The notes below the pieces were generated by a model. That model had not been told where the DNA came from. It searched no databases and saw only the letters and a list, made by a program, of their open reading frames with translations. From the NCBI GenBank assembly GCA_965219535.1, contig CBDCNV010000002.1, forward strand, positions 1,590,001 through 1,622,000: a DNA stretch of 32,000 nt, written 5' to 3'. The position numbers and the translations under genes were made by a program. The stretch is from Opitutales bacterium. Lineage in GTDB: Bacteria > Verrucomicrobiota > Verrucomicrobiia > Opitutales > PNEW01. Positions 24,429 to 32,000 of the stretch are shown here, piece by piece (the stretch's first letter is position 1; each line of letters starts with the position of its first letter).

Positions 24429-24633
24429 GCTCACCGCATAGGTTTCCACTAACCATTCGACAATCGCCTTCTTGCGCACAGGTTTTATAACTTTTTTGCG
24501 ATAACTTCCTGCAGCATGTGCTTGTCCAGACTCAGCTCAGCTACCAGCTTCTTCAAGCTGGCGTTCTCTTCGTCGAGCTGCTTCAGCCGTCTTAACTTGC
24601 TCATTCCCATGCCCGTGTATTTACCTTTCTGGT
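24424..24633 (-). pseudogene. ISb fragment (orfA 3' end / orfB 5' end), truncated by ISa copy 2
   Basis: It aligns with ISb ~27727-27938, including the slippery run cttttttgcga. It stops abruptly at the ISa terminus at 24634. Confidence 0.8.
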
Positions 24634-24934
24634 TGGACCCCGTTTTTCGTATCAATTATTAAGTGAGAGAGTAACCGGGTGTTAATGGTTTAAGGATTGA
24701 TGTATATGAGAGATCTTGGCGCAGTGAGGGCGTAGCCCGAACGCGGCCAAGATCGGAAAGGAATCAGACAAACTCTTGTGGGCTTTTAAAGCCTAAACGA
24801 CTGTGGGGATGTTCATGGTTGTAGGTCTGACGCCATTGTTCGATTACCCCTTGCGCTTCAGCCACGCTGAGCAACACTTCACGGTTCAAACACTCATCGC
24901 GTAAGCGGTTGTGAAACGATTCGATGAAACCATT

Positions 24935-24979
24935 TGTTATTCTCGCTATGGCTCGTTGAGGTGTCGCTTCGCTCGGTAG
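24935..24979 (-). repeat. Mini-insertion I3 (45 nt) in ISa copy 2
   Basis: Same block and same site as 20711-20755. Confidence 0.7.
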
Positions 24980-25057
24980 CCAGGGACTGCCCGAATCGAT
25001 ATAGATCGCCTTGATGTTTTTGTCGGACAACCACTGCTGCACTTGATGAGCAATGAA

Positions 25058-25090
25058 TGGCTTCGCATGTCGTCGCTTCGCTCCTCGGAA
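25058..25090 (-). repeat. Mini-insertion I2 (33 nt), present in ISa copy 2 only
   Basis: Copy 1 reads aacggcagtgAGttcattgc (DNGSEFIA). Copy 2 reads aacggcagtg-ttccgaggagcgaagcgacgacatgcgaagcca-ttcattgc. The net change is +31 nt, which breaks the frame. Confidence 0.7.
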
Positions 25091-25217
25091 CACTGCCGTT
25101 GTCACTACGGATATAGCTGGGAGTACCCTCCTCTTCAATGGCCTCGCTAAGCACAGAGAGGACATCGGTTGAGGTGAGTTGACGGGCGACCCGGATATCC
25201 AAGCATTTACGCGTATA

Positions 25218-25261
25218 TGTCTTCGCTTCGCTTGAGTGTCGTCGCTTTCAGCTCCTCGGTA
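25218..25261 (-). repeat. Mini-insertion I1 (44 nt), present in ISa copy 2 only
   Basis: Copy 1 reads gatcgatgAAtatacgcg (LIDEYTR). Copy 2 reads gatcgatg-taccgaggagctgaaagcgacgacactcaagcgaagcgaagaca-tatacgcg. The net change is +42 nt. Confidence 0.7.
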
Positions 25262-26023
25262 CATCGATCAGAGTCATCATCTTTAATGGACCGCCATTGT
25301 CTGTGCGATCATGGACAAAGTCCCAGGACCAAACGTGATTGCGACCGGTTGCTTTAGTAGGCGACCCTGTAGAGATCCCTTGACGGTGTCTACGCTTTTT
25401 CGGTGGCTTTACCTGCAACCCTTCTGAACGTCGTACCGCCTGAACAAACTTCCTGCTTGTTGTCCAGCCTTCCTTTACAAGCAAGGCACGGATGCGACGG
25501 TAACCGTAGCGAGGATGTTCCCAGGACAGGGTTACAATCCGCTCGGCCAATCGCTGAGCTTTCTTATTGGCCTGCTTGGGCCGGTAGCTGTACGTTGACC
25601 AACTGAGGCTGAGATAAACACAAGCCCTCTAAAACGAGCACAGCCCTCGCTCAGCCGCATCTTTTACTACTCGCTTCTTCTGCTTTGGGCTCACCACTTT
25701 TTTGACAACGTTTCCTCCATTACCTGATTCTTGAGCATTTGATCAGCAAGCAGCTTCTTCAACTCGGTGTTTTCTTTTTCCAGTTCTTTAAATCGCTAGA
25801 GCATCGGCCAGTTCTAAATGGCCATACTTTTTACCCCAGCGATAGAAGGTCTGTTCACTTAGATTGTTGCCTCGGCAGATTTCCTCTACCGTTTTCCCGG
25901 TATCGGCTTGCCGCAGTATTGCGATTATCTGTTCTGTTGTCTATCGTTTTCTTTTCATTGAGGTTATCTGTTTATCCCGATAACCTCTCCCTGTAAATGA
26001 TACCATTTTTTGGGGTCACTCAA

Positions 26024-26172
26024 CCCACAAGAGTTTGTCAGACTCCTTTCAGATCTTGGCCACGCTCGGGCTGCGCCCTCACTTCGCCAAGATCTCTCAT
26101 ATACATCAATCCTTAAACCATTAACACCCGGTTACTCTCTCACTTAATTATTGGTACGAAAAACGGGGTCCA
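26024..26172 (+). pseudogene. ISa 3'-terminal fragment (copy 3), abutting copy 2 in opposite orientation
   Basis: cccacaagagtttgtcagactcctttcagatcttggcc...cacttaattattggtacgaaaaacggggtcca matches the last ~150 nt of ISa copies 1 and 2, including the terminal repeat. Confidence 0.8.
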
Positions 26173-26463
26173 ATCACCACTAAACATGGGATAATTAATC
26201 GGGATGTTCACTTCAGAGGCGGATGCCCACTTCCGGGTAATCTTCAGTCTCTTGAGGATAATATTTCCTGTCATAAGGGCGCGAACATCTTCTCGATGCT
26301 GTGCTAATTGACCTCGAAGATTTTTATTAGCTGTATTGATCCTCTCATTAATATGTTTTGTCAGTCGACATTCCATTTTAGACATATCCTTGCTTAATTC
26401 AGTCACGCCGTTTTTTAATGTTGCCAGATCATTGCGCAATGGCTGAACAGCTTTAGTAATCAC
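26140..26463 (-). CDS. Hypothetical coiled-coil protein fragment, C-terminus replaced by IS sequence
   Basis: The ORF uses a GTG start, but the frame stays open upstream to ~26511 with no convincing start. It has a heptad-like sequence LRNDLATLKNGVTELSKDMSKMECRLTKHINERINTANKNLRGQLAQHREDV. The last 11 codons are encoded by the ISa copy 3 terminus. It is probably a disrupted gene. Confidence 0.3.
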   Translation of the reverse strand: MITKAVQPLRNDLATLKNGVTELSKDMSKMECRLTKHINERINTANKNLRGQLAQHREDVRALMTGNIILKRLKITRKWASASEVNIPINYPMFSGDWTPFFVPIIK

Positions 26464-26606
26464 ATCTCTAAAAGAAGTAGCCAGAGATTGAACACTGCCG
26501 TTTAATTCATTATTATTAATAATTTAATTTAGGAATGATGTTGTATCTGTGAACGATGATCATTGCGGGTTAGGTGTAGTTTGATCTTTTCCCATGACCG
26601 GCAATC

Positions 26607-26900
26607 TCAATTCCTTTCACGGAAATGAACGCGAAAAGAATAAGGACCTGTTTCTTTAGGATAACGCTTATTCGAACCGCTGACGCTGATGCAGTATGTT
26701 CCAGGTTTGAGCATCTGCGTGAATAAGAAATTTTTCCCTGAACCACCGTCGTTATTGGATATGGGAAAATCAAAGGTTAAAAAATCAGGCCATAATATTC
26801 CAAGGGTATCGGTATCACCTGCTGTAAATGCAGTTATTGTTCCAGCTCTATTTAGGACAAAACGAAAACAATCAATGTCATCGTATCTTTCTAAGTTACC
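26607..26900 (-). pseudogene. PPC (pre-peptidase C-terminal)-like domain ORF, 3' part; split by ISb
   Basis: This ORF is not in the track. The translation is GNLERYDDIDCFRFVLNRAGTITAFTAGDTDTLGILWPDFLTFDFPISNNDGGSGKNFLFTQMLKPGTYCISVSGSNKRYPKETGPYSFRVHFRERN*. It shows the D-x-D-x-F-x-F ... GDTDT ... DDxG ... GTY ... G-x-Y pattern of PPC domains. The frame continues exactly across ISb into 28145-28204 (V/M-RFTEIVSILKGVETKIQIP), where a GTG at 28204 follows aaggga. Confidence 0.55.
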
Positions 26901-26914
26901 TGACCTGCACCCGT

Positions 26915-27780
26915 TTACTGTACCAGAGCCAGTGTTAGATCCGGCAGGGTGGTAAGGTTTTTGATTTGCTTAGACACGGCTCTCTGGGCGTATTCGGCCG
27001 GAGGCCGATAGCCCAGAGAACTGTGTGGTCTTTGAGTATTATAATCAAGCCGCCAGGTTTCAAGTTTTTCTTTCGCTTCAGCGAGCGTACAAAATAGCTC
27101 GGTGTTAAGAAGTTCATCTCGTAAGCGTCCATTGAAGCTCTCAATATAACCATTCTCTACGGGTTTGCCTGGCCGGATAAAATCCAGCTTGATGCCATGG
27201 CCATAAGCCCATTCATCGAGTACTTTCCCTGCAAACTCGGGACCATTATCGACGGTAATGGTTTGGGGAAGACCGATTCCTGCAGCGGCTTTCATAAGTG
27301 CGGCAGCGACTTTGTACCCACCGATGGACGTATCGACCAAAAGCAGTGGGCAAGCTCGGGTGTATTGATCGACAACGGTGAGTATGCGGAAGGGGCGGCC
27401 GTTGACCAGCCGATCGCTCATAAAGTCCATCGACCAGCGCTCCTGGGCTGCTGTAGCCGTGGGCAGTGAGACCCGCCTTTGGCGGCACGCTTCTTTCGTT
27501 TCTTCGTGCGCACTTCCAGCCCTTCGGCCTTGTAGATACGATAAACGCGTTTCTTTCCTACCGTCCAGCCTTCCCGCTTTAATAACACCGTGATTCGCCG
27601 ATACCCGTAGCGCACCCGCGCGGCGGCGAGGTCACCGATGCGCATGATCAGCGCACGTTCGTCCTTCTTCACCGGCTGGTAGTTATAACTCGACCAAGAC
27701 AACTGCATCAACCTGCACGCCCGGCGTTTGCTAACCGCATAAGCTTCCACTAACCAGTCAGTAATCGCCTTCTTGCGCAC
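26915..27780 (-). pseudogene. ISb transposase orfB (DDE/rve), broken by a 1-nt frameshift near 27470-27490
   Basis: Track ORFs 27418..27780 (…[26 protein letters not shown]…) and 26915..27430 ([27 protein letters not shown]…TVDNGPEF…[24 protein letters not shown]…[12 protein letters not shown]) are two parts of one orfB. The expected ...[13 protein letters not shown] continues in the other frame upstream of 27430. Confidence 0.8.
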
Positions 27781-27785
27781 AGGCT

Positions 27786-28058
27786 TTATAACTTTTTTGC
27801 GATTACTTCCTGCACCATGTGCTTGTCCAGGCTCAGATCAGCTACCAGCTTCTTCAAACTCGCGTTCTCTTCGTCGAGTTGCTTCAGCCGTCTTAATTCG
27901 CTTATTCCCAGGCCCGCGTATTTACCCTTCCAACGATGGTAGGTCTGTTCGCTTACGCCTAACTCTCGGCACACTTCGGCAATCCTTCGACCGCCATCTA
28001 CCTGCCTTAGGGCATAAGTGATTTGTTCTTTATGATAACGTTTGCCTTTGCTTTTCAT
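27786..28058 (-). CDS. ISb transposase orfA (HTH, IS3/IS911 type)
   Basis: MKSKGKRYHKEQITYALRQVDGGRRIAEVCRELGVSEQTYHRWKGKYAGLGISELRRLKQLDEENASLKKLVADLSLDKHMVQEVIAKKL is the canonical IS3 OrfA with a leucine zipper. Confidence 0.9.
   Translation of the reverse strand: MKSKGKRYHKEQITYALRQVDGGRRIAEVCRELGVSEQTYHRWKGKYAGLGISELRRLKQLDEENASLKKLVADLSLDKHMVQEVIAKKL
27792..27798 (-). promoter_or_regulatory. Programmed -1 ribosomal frameshift heptamer A AAA AAG at the orfA/orfB junction of ISb
   Basis: The minus strand reads gca aaa aag tta taa. Slipping -1 gives AKK-VIKPVRKKAITDWLVEAYAVSKRRAC..., joining orfA to the orfB frame as in other IS3-family members. Confidence 0.75.
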
Positions 28059-28239
28059 GGGTGGTTCTTTCTCCTATCTTATATTAGGTTTTTCACCCAT
28101 GCCAGACTAAATCTTTGCTGGTCCAGTTTTTCGGGGACAGGTCACGGAATCTGAATCTTCGTTTCAACTCCTTTCAGAATTGAAACGATCTCTGTGAATC
28201 GCACAGCTCATCCCTTTGCCAGTGGCTATCTTCGCTCGG

Positions 28240-30786
28240 TTACTCGGCTAACTGCATCATCCCTGTTTCCTGTATTATGTGCCTATCTAGAAAACACTTC
28301 CATTGCATATTCTCATAGAAGAAGTGAAACGGCATAATAGGTACCCAGATAAAGGGTTCTGCATCTGAGTCGGTTTGTAAGCGGGGATGAAAATTCGAAG
28401 GGGGAGGCAACTCAGGAATTACTTTATCATCTGGACCCCACGAAGGATATTTGTCCTGTTTTTTGTCCTTTCTTAAGTAAAAGAGCGCTGCCCCAGAAAT
28501 CACTAATTTTGCATCATTTCCATACCAGCGACGATTTAACATGACCTCTTCAATCCAGAAAACATTGGTAGATTGGAAGTGCAGATTTAGTATAATTTCT
28601 CTCAGACTATCCCTCTTTTTCTCTACCCCTGCATACTCATCAGCCAATCTAGGATGAATCATAAGCATGGAATCGATTTCGGCCTCGGTCAGGTTATCGA
28701 TCTCTACTGGTTTTATCCGATTGAGCCGGTCGATGAAGTTGTTTAATTCGTCCGTAACCTCCCCATACCTTGATGATGCTTCGATAAACGCTTCGATGAA
28801 CTCCCGAGACAAAACAAGGTGATTAACCCCATCCTCTTCTATGATGGAAGTATATGTACCTCTTGTAGCTTTAATACTAGGATGAGCCCTTCTGCCTGAT
28901 TGCATTAGAAAAAATTTTGTTTCCACTTCACGATCATCTATTTGGAATTTATCAGAACGAGCGCCTTCCCAACCGCGTTTTTCAACTTTGTAATCATGAG
29001 CAAACTCACCAGACTCAAAGAGATTACTGACCGTCCAGATTAACTTGGCCTTGTCGAGGTTTTCATAATCGCCATCTTCAAAAATGACAGGGAACTCGCT
29101 TGTGCCCGCCTTCACCCGCAAATCCTCTCCCTCCACGGGTTCACTCTGAGCTTCCCCATCTTTTAGCTCTGTTGCTACGTCTGGATCTGAAACAGAATCT
29201 GTATTAATACCCTGCTTTGTTTTGAATAATTTTTCTTTCCATTGATACCACTTTTCCACTCCTTCCTTATATTCTGCGGTTTTTACCATTCTATCTGATG
29301 GATACGACCAAGGTGGATTGGGGACTAGTTTACTGAGTATTTTCATACTTTCCTCATCAAGAAATTTAAATTCTGCAAGTGTATGATCACCAATATAGTT
29401 TGCCAATGGTTCGATAACTCGATCACCGCCAATCGCTTTAAGTTTCATTAATGCGGTATAACGTACCAACCTATCTTCATGTCTCGTGTGCTCAACGATT
29501 CTTTGAAATATCGCATCATCACCTAATAAGACTAGGGCGACTTCTGCTCTACCTTGATCTGAGTCATAACGAACAATATCCTTATACTCTCTTACGTGCG
29601 TTAGATAGTTTATCATTGGACGATTTGCTACTTCACGCAAGAAGGGTATTGCTTCAGGATCGCCAAGACGTCCTATTTCGACGATGATATCATTGTAGCG
29701 CCTTGGCATATTTGCTGTATCTTTAGCTTTCGCGTTTTCATACTGGTCCTTGAGTTCAACCCAATTTGGTATCTCCCCATATAATGATAATTTCACTTCT
29801 CTGAGTATCCTCATACTTTCTATTTCTAAAACTACACTGTTATCACCAATATAGTTTGCCAAAGGTTCAATAACTCGCTCACCGCCAATCGCATTAAGTT
29901 TATTTAATGCGGAACGACGGACAAACACATCATCATATCTCGTGTGCTCAACGATTTTTTGAAATATATCATCATCACCTAATAAGACTAAAGCAACTTC
30001 TGCCTTACCATGATCTGATTCATAACGAGCAATATCCATATACTTTGCTGATGCGGGTGTTCTAGGGGGCATAGGTTGCGTCGCTACTTCACGCAGGAAA
30101 GGTATTGCTTCAGGGTCACCAAGTCGTCCTATTTCGACGATGATATCATTGTAGCGCCATGGTTCATTTTTGTAGCGCCATGGGTGAATTGATAAATATT
30201 TAGCTTTCGCGATCTCATACTGGTCCTTGAGTTGAACCCAATTTGGTACCTCCCCATATAATGATAATTTCACTTCTCTGAGTATCCTCATACTTTCTAT
30301 TTCTAAAACTATACTTTTATCTCCAATATAGTTTGCCAATGGTTCAATAACTCGTTCACCGCCAATCGCATTAAGTTTCTTTAATGCAGAATGACGGACA
30401 AACACATCTTCATTTCTCGTGTGCTCAACGATTTTTTGAAATATCGCATCATCACCTAGTAAGACTAAAGCAACTTCTGCCTTACCATGATCTGATTCAT
30501 AACGAGCAATATCCTTATACTTTGTTGATACGGGTGTTCTAGTGGGCATAGGTTGCGTCGCTACTTCACGCAAGAAGGGTATTGCTTCAGGGTCGCCAAG
30601 ACGTCCTATTTCGACGATGATATCATTGTAGCGCCATGGTTGATTTCCTAAGCCTTTGGCTTTCGCGTTCTCATACTGGTCCTTGAGTTGAACCCAATTT
30701 GGTGTCTCCCAAAATAAATATAAGTTCACAACAGAAAATATTATTACCAGGAAAATAAATAATAACTGAGATGATTTTATTGTCAT
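28240..30786 (-). CDS. Membrane-anchored protein with 3 tandem ~150-aa HEAT/PBS-lyase-like repeat units and an unknown ~360-aa C-terminal domain
   Basis: 848 aa. The N-terminal TM is LLFIFLVIIFSVVNLYLFW. The repeated unit is PNWVQLKDQYENAKAK...RYNDIIVEIGRLGDPEAIPFLREVA...AEVALVLLGDDAIFQKIVEHTR..D.FVR.SAL.KLNAIGGERVIEPLANYIGD. I recognise no family in the C-terminal domain. Confidence 0.88.
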   Translation of the reverse strand: MTIKSSQLLFIFLVIIFSVVNLYLFWETPNWVQLKDQYENAKAKGLGNQPWRYNDIIVEIGRLGDPEAIPFLREVATQPMPTRTPVSTKYKDIARYESDHGKAEVALVLLGDDAIFQKIVEHTRNEDVFVRHSALKKLNAIGGERVIEPLANYIGDKSIVLEIESMRILREVKLSLYGEVPNWVQLKDQYEIAKAKYLSIHPWRYKNEPWRYNDIIVEIGRLGDPEAIPFLREVATQPMPPRTPASAKYMDIARYESDHGKAEVALVLLGDDDIFQKIVEHTRYDDVFVRRSALNKLNAIGGERVIEPLANYIGDNSVVLEIESMRILREVKLSLYGEIPNWVELKDQYENAKAKDTANMPRRYNDIIVEIGRLGDPEAIPFLREVANRPMINYLTHVREYKDIVRYDSDQGRAEVALVLLGDDAIFQRIVEHTRHEDRLVRYTALMKLKAIGGDRVIEPLANYIGDHTLAEFKFLDEESMKILSKLVPNPPWSYPSDRMVKTAEYKEGVEKWYQWKEKLFKTKQGINTDSVSDPDVATELKDGEAQSEPVEGEDLRVKAGTSEFPVIFEDGDYENLDKAKLIWTVSNLFESGEFAHDYKVEKRGWEGARSDKFQIDDREVETKFFLMQSGRRAHPSIKATRGTYTSIIEEDGVNHLVLSREFIEAFIEASSRYGEVTDELNNFIDRLNRIKPVEIDNLTEAEIDSMLMIHPRLADEYAGVEKKRDSLREIILNLHFQSTNVFWIEEVMLNRRWYGNDAKLVISGAALFYLRKDKKQDKYPSWGPDDKVIPELPPPSNFHPRLQTDSDAEPFIWVPIMPFHFFYENMQWKCFLDRHIIQETGMMQLAE
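29326..30708 (-). repeat. Three tandem in-frame repeats (~456, ~474 and ~453 nt) inside the 848-aa gene
   Basis: Units cover aa ~27-178, 179-336 and 337-487. Units 1 and 2 are very similar at DNA level. For example, gataacactgt/ctatacttttatc...caatatagtttgccaa(a/t)ggttcaataactcg recurs at ~29835 and ~30310. Unit 3 is more diverged. Confidence 0.85.
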
Positions 30787-31157
30787 GATTTCTTATTAAG
30801 GATTTCCGGTGCTGGATCGCTCCAGTTGACAATCGTTGTATTTGAGGTGGCCGTGCCCCCATCGTTGTCCGTTGCCACGGCATAAAAGCGATAACTACCG
30901 GGCGTCTGGGGACTGTCACTACTATAGTTATAGGGGGCGCTGATGTCAATCTTGAATAACGCTCCGTTACGGTAAAACTTCACGCTTTCAATACTCCCGT
31001 CGGAATACCTGATGTAGCCGTGACGAGGGCATTTTTATCGACTTCCAGTGAATTACCGCTCGTAGTGATCGACACCGTGGGCGCGAAATTGGGCTGAGCG
31101 TTGACTCTGTTCACCAGCGTGATGACCATCAGAATCAAAAACAAAAACAGTTTCATG
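30783..31157 (-). pseudogene. Small secreted Ig-like (Big-type) domain protein, frameshifted
   Basis: ATG at 31157-31155 gives the signal peptide MKLFLFLILMVITLVNRVNA, then QPNFAPTVSITTSGNSLEVDKNALVTATSGIPTGVLKA*. The Ig-like motif continues in another frame as YIRYSDGSIESVKFYRNGALFKIDISAPYNYSSDSPQTPGSYRFYAVATDNDGGTATS (track ORF 30783..30983). The stop overlaps the 848-aa gene start (ATGA). Confidence 0.65.
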
Positions 31158-31219
31158 GCAGAGGCTTTCTAACTATGTTGATGGCGTGTTTCCCATCCCG
31201 GATTAAAGACTCGGGGTTG

Positions 31220-31383
31220 AATTTTATCCGCCCAGGCAAACCCGTAGAGAATGGTTATATTGAGAGCTTCAATGGACGCTAACGCGATGAACTTCTTAAC
31301 ACCGAGCTATTTTGTACGCTCCCTGAAGCGAAAGAAAAACTTGAAGCCTGGCGGCTTGATTATAATACTCAAAGACCACACAG
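31220..31383 (+). pseudogene. ISb-like orfB 3' fragment with an in-frame stop
   Basis: It encodes [49 protein letters not shown], with a taa at 31280-31282 where ISb has tta. It is truncated on both sides. Confidence 0.8.
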
Positions 31384-31734
31384 GCCTTTGTTATAGAGTT
31401 TAACTCTTCCCACTGGAATCCCCTATTAATCAACGTTTTATATTAACTATTAAGTATTTATAAATCATATTATCGCTTGATTCCAGAGAAACTAAATAAA
31501 AGCATATAGCGTTAAATAGCAATAAGTGGGGAGCATTGGGGGGTGCGGAAGTCGCTTGATCCCATGGTATGTTATTAATTGTAATAACCGACGACAATTT
31601 CTAGATTCAATTAACAGTTCGATTCATTGGTGACCGAATTCAGAAATTTGCATGTATAACTCCGAAGCTTAATTCTAAAAAGACGGCATTCTTACTTATA
31701 ATTGTGAGGGCGATTACGCTCCCCCCCTGTAGTC

Positions 31735-31878
31735 CATCTGGCCATAATTATTTCGCAAGCGATGGTAGCTTTGTGGACTGATGTTGTGTTCACGACAGAC
31801 TTCCTGAATGCCTCTGCCGCTGTCTATTTCGCACGGGATTGCTATTATCTGCTCGGTGCTGTGTCTTTCCGATCTTAT
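31735..31878 (-). pseudogene. IS3-family orfA-like remnant (no start codon)
   Basis: The minus strand reads *IRSERHSTEQIIAIPCEIDSGRGIQEVCREHNISPQSYHRLRNNYGQMDY. This is the IS3 OrfA HTH pattern (TEQIIAIL.E...G..I.EVCR.H.IS..(T/S)(F/Y)(Y/H)RW), preceded directly by a stop. Confidence 0.6.
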
Positions 31879-32000
31879 TTACAGAAAGACTCTCACTGGC
31901 AATGATCCAATCCTTGGCGACCACGCCATATAGTGGGTGATGATGATGTCCGGCTGGATATCCTATATCGTCTCTCCCAGCTCCAGCAGATTTTACCGCG

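Larger units (their letters stand above)
24634..26018 (-). mobile_element. IS3-family element, type ISa, copy 2 (full length but degenerate)
   Basis: The terminal repeats are tggaccccgtttttcgtatcaatta (24634-24658) and the reverse complement of 25994-26018, tgaccccaaaaaatggtatcattta. The orfA MKRKR*TTEQIIAILRQADTGKTVEEICRGNNLSEQTFYRW has a stop and a frameshift. The orfB has WSWDFVHDRTDNGGPLKMMTLID, SYIRSDNGS, PGSPW..NGFIESFHNRLRDECLN and WRQTYNHEHPHSRLGFKSPQEF, interrupted by mini-insertions I1-I3. Confidence 0.85.
26901..28144 (-). mobile_element. IS3-family element, type ISb (1244 bp, orfB frameshifted)
   Basis: The terminal repeats are tgacctgcacccgtttactgtaccagagcc (26901-26930) and the reverse complement of 28114-28144, tgacctgtccccgaaaaactggaccagcaaa. 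It has orfA plus orfB with a slippery heptamer. No target-site duplication is visible (flanks tacc / cgga). Confidence 0.88.

Noticed and set aside
20796-25261. Mini-insertions as GT...AG-type introns
   Set aside because: Shifting the boundaries to GT...AG gives lengths of 42, 31 and 32 nt. Removing them does not restore the uninterrupted sequence: the flanking codons differ, for example gag against cca. The pattern is not consistent.
31880-32000. Minus-strand frame open to the right edge (…GRDDIGYPAGHHHHPLYGVVAKDWIIASESLSVNK…) as the C-terminus of a gene
   Set aside because: Only ~40 codons lie outside the IS3 orfA remnant. There is no recognisable motif and no way to see a start, so I cannot support a call.

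Overview
By eye, this 32-kb window splits into four blocks. No computation or database search was possible, and IS ends and repeat boundaries are accurate to a few nt only.

(1) 1-3650 is a GC-rich block (GC3-rich codons) with every gene on the minus strand. It holds an edge-truncated NRAMP-like transporter that the ORF track missed, a 52-codon phytanoyl-CoA dioxygenase (PhyH) stub, and an 852-aa metallohydrolase-like protein with a His-rich tail.

(2) 3687-19638 is about 16 kb of mid-GC DNA bracketed by two direct 49-nt copies of the 3' half of a tRNA-His gene. Neither copy is an intact tRNA. The block carries two PhyH genes, a Gfo/Idh/MocA oxidoreductase, an aldo/keto reductase and a beta-propeller protein. 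It also carries two paralogous ~737-aa secreted Ig-like proteins with a near-identical 1.1-kb C-terminal module, an IS481-family element, and an orphan 1095-aa fusion of a family-5 ABC substrate-binding protein to a DppB/OppB-type permease.

(3) 19640-28144, plus 31220-31878, is an AT-rich junction followed by a graveyard of IS3-family debris: two main IS types, called ISa and ISb here, plus one unassigned orfA remnant. At least eight whole or partial copies are nested and mutually truncated. The AT-rich cargo is two class I SAM methyltransferases and an overlapping gene pair: a 144-aa three-TM protein plus a ThsB-like (TIR-like/DUF1863) protein. No ThsA-type partner is present anywhere in the window. 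This pair is my best candidate for an undescribed defence configuration.

(4) 28240-31157 is a minus-strand operon: a frameshifted small Ig-like secreted protein, then an 848-aa membrane-anchored protein with three ~150-aa tandem HEAT-like repeats and an unknown C-terminal domain. A downstream PPC-domain ORF is split by ISb.

Three further signals are not explained by the genes:
- a family of 33-45-nt related blocks inserted polymorphically into the ISa transposase copies;
- a ~113-nt element with a 32-nt perfectly identical core, lying upstream of two unrelated genes in inverted orientation and truncating a PhyH gene;
- a repeat-dense 498-bp intergenic region.

The gene content (many PhyH, Gfo/Idh/MocA and Ig-like secreted proteins) suggests a marine PVC-type heterotroph, but that is only an impression.
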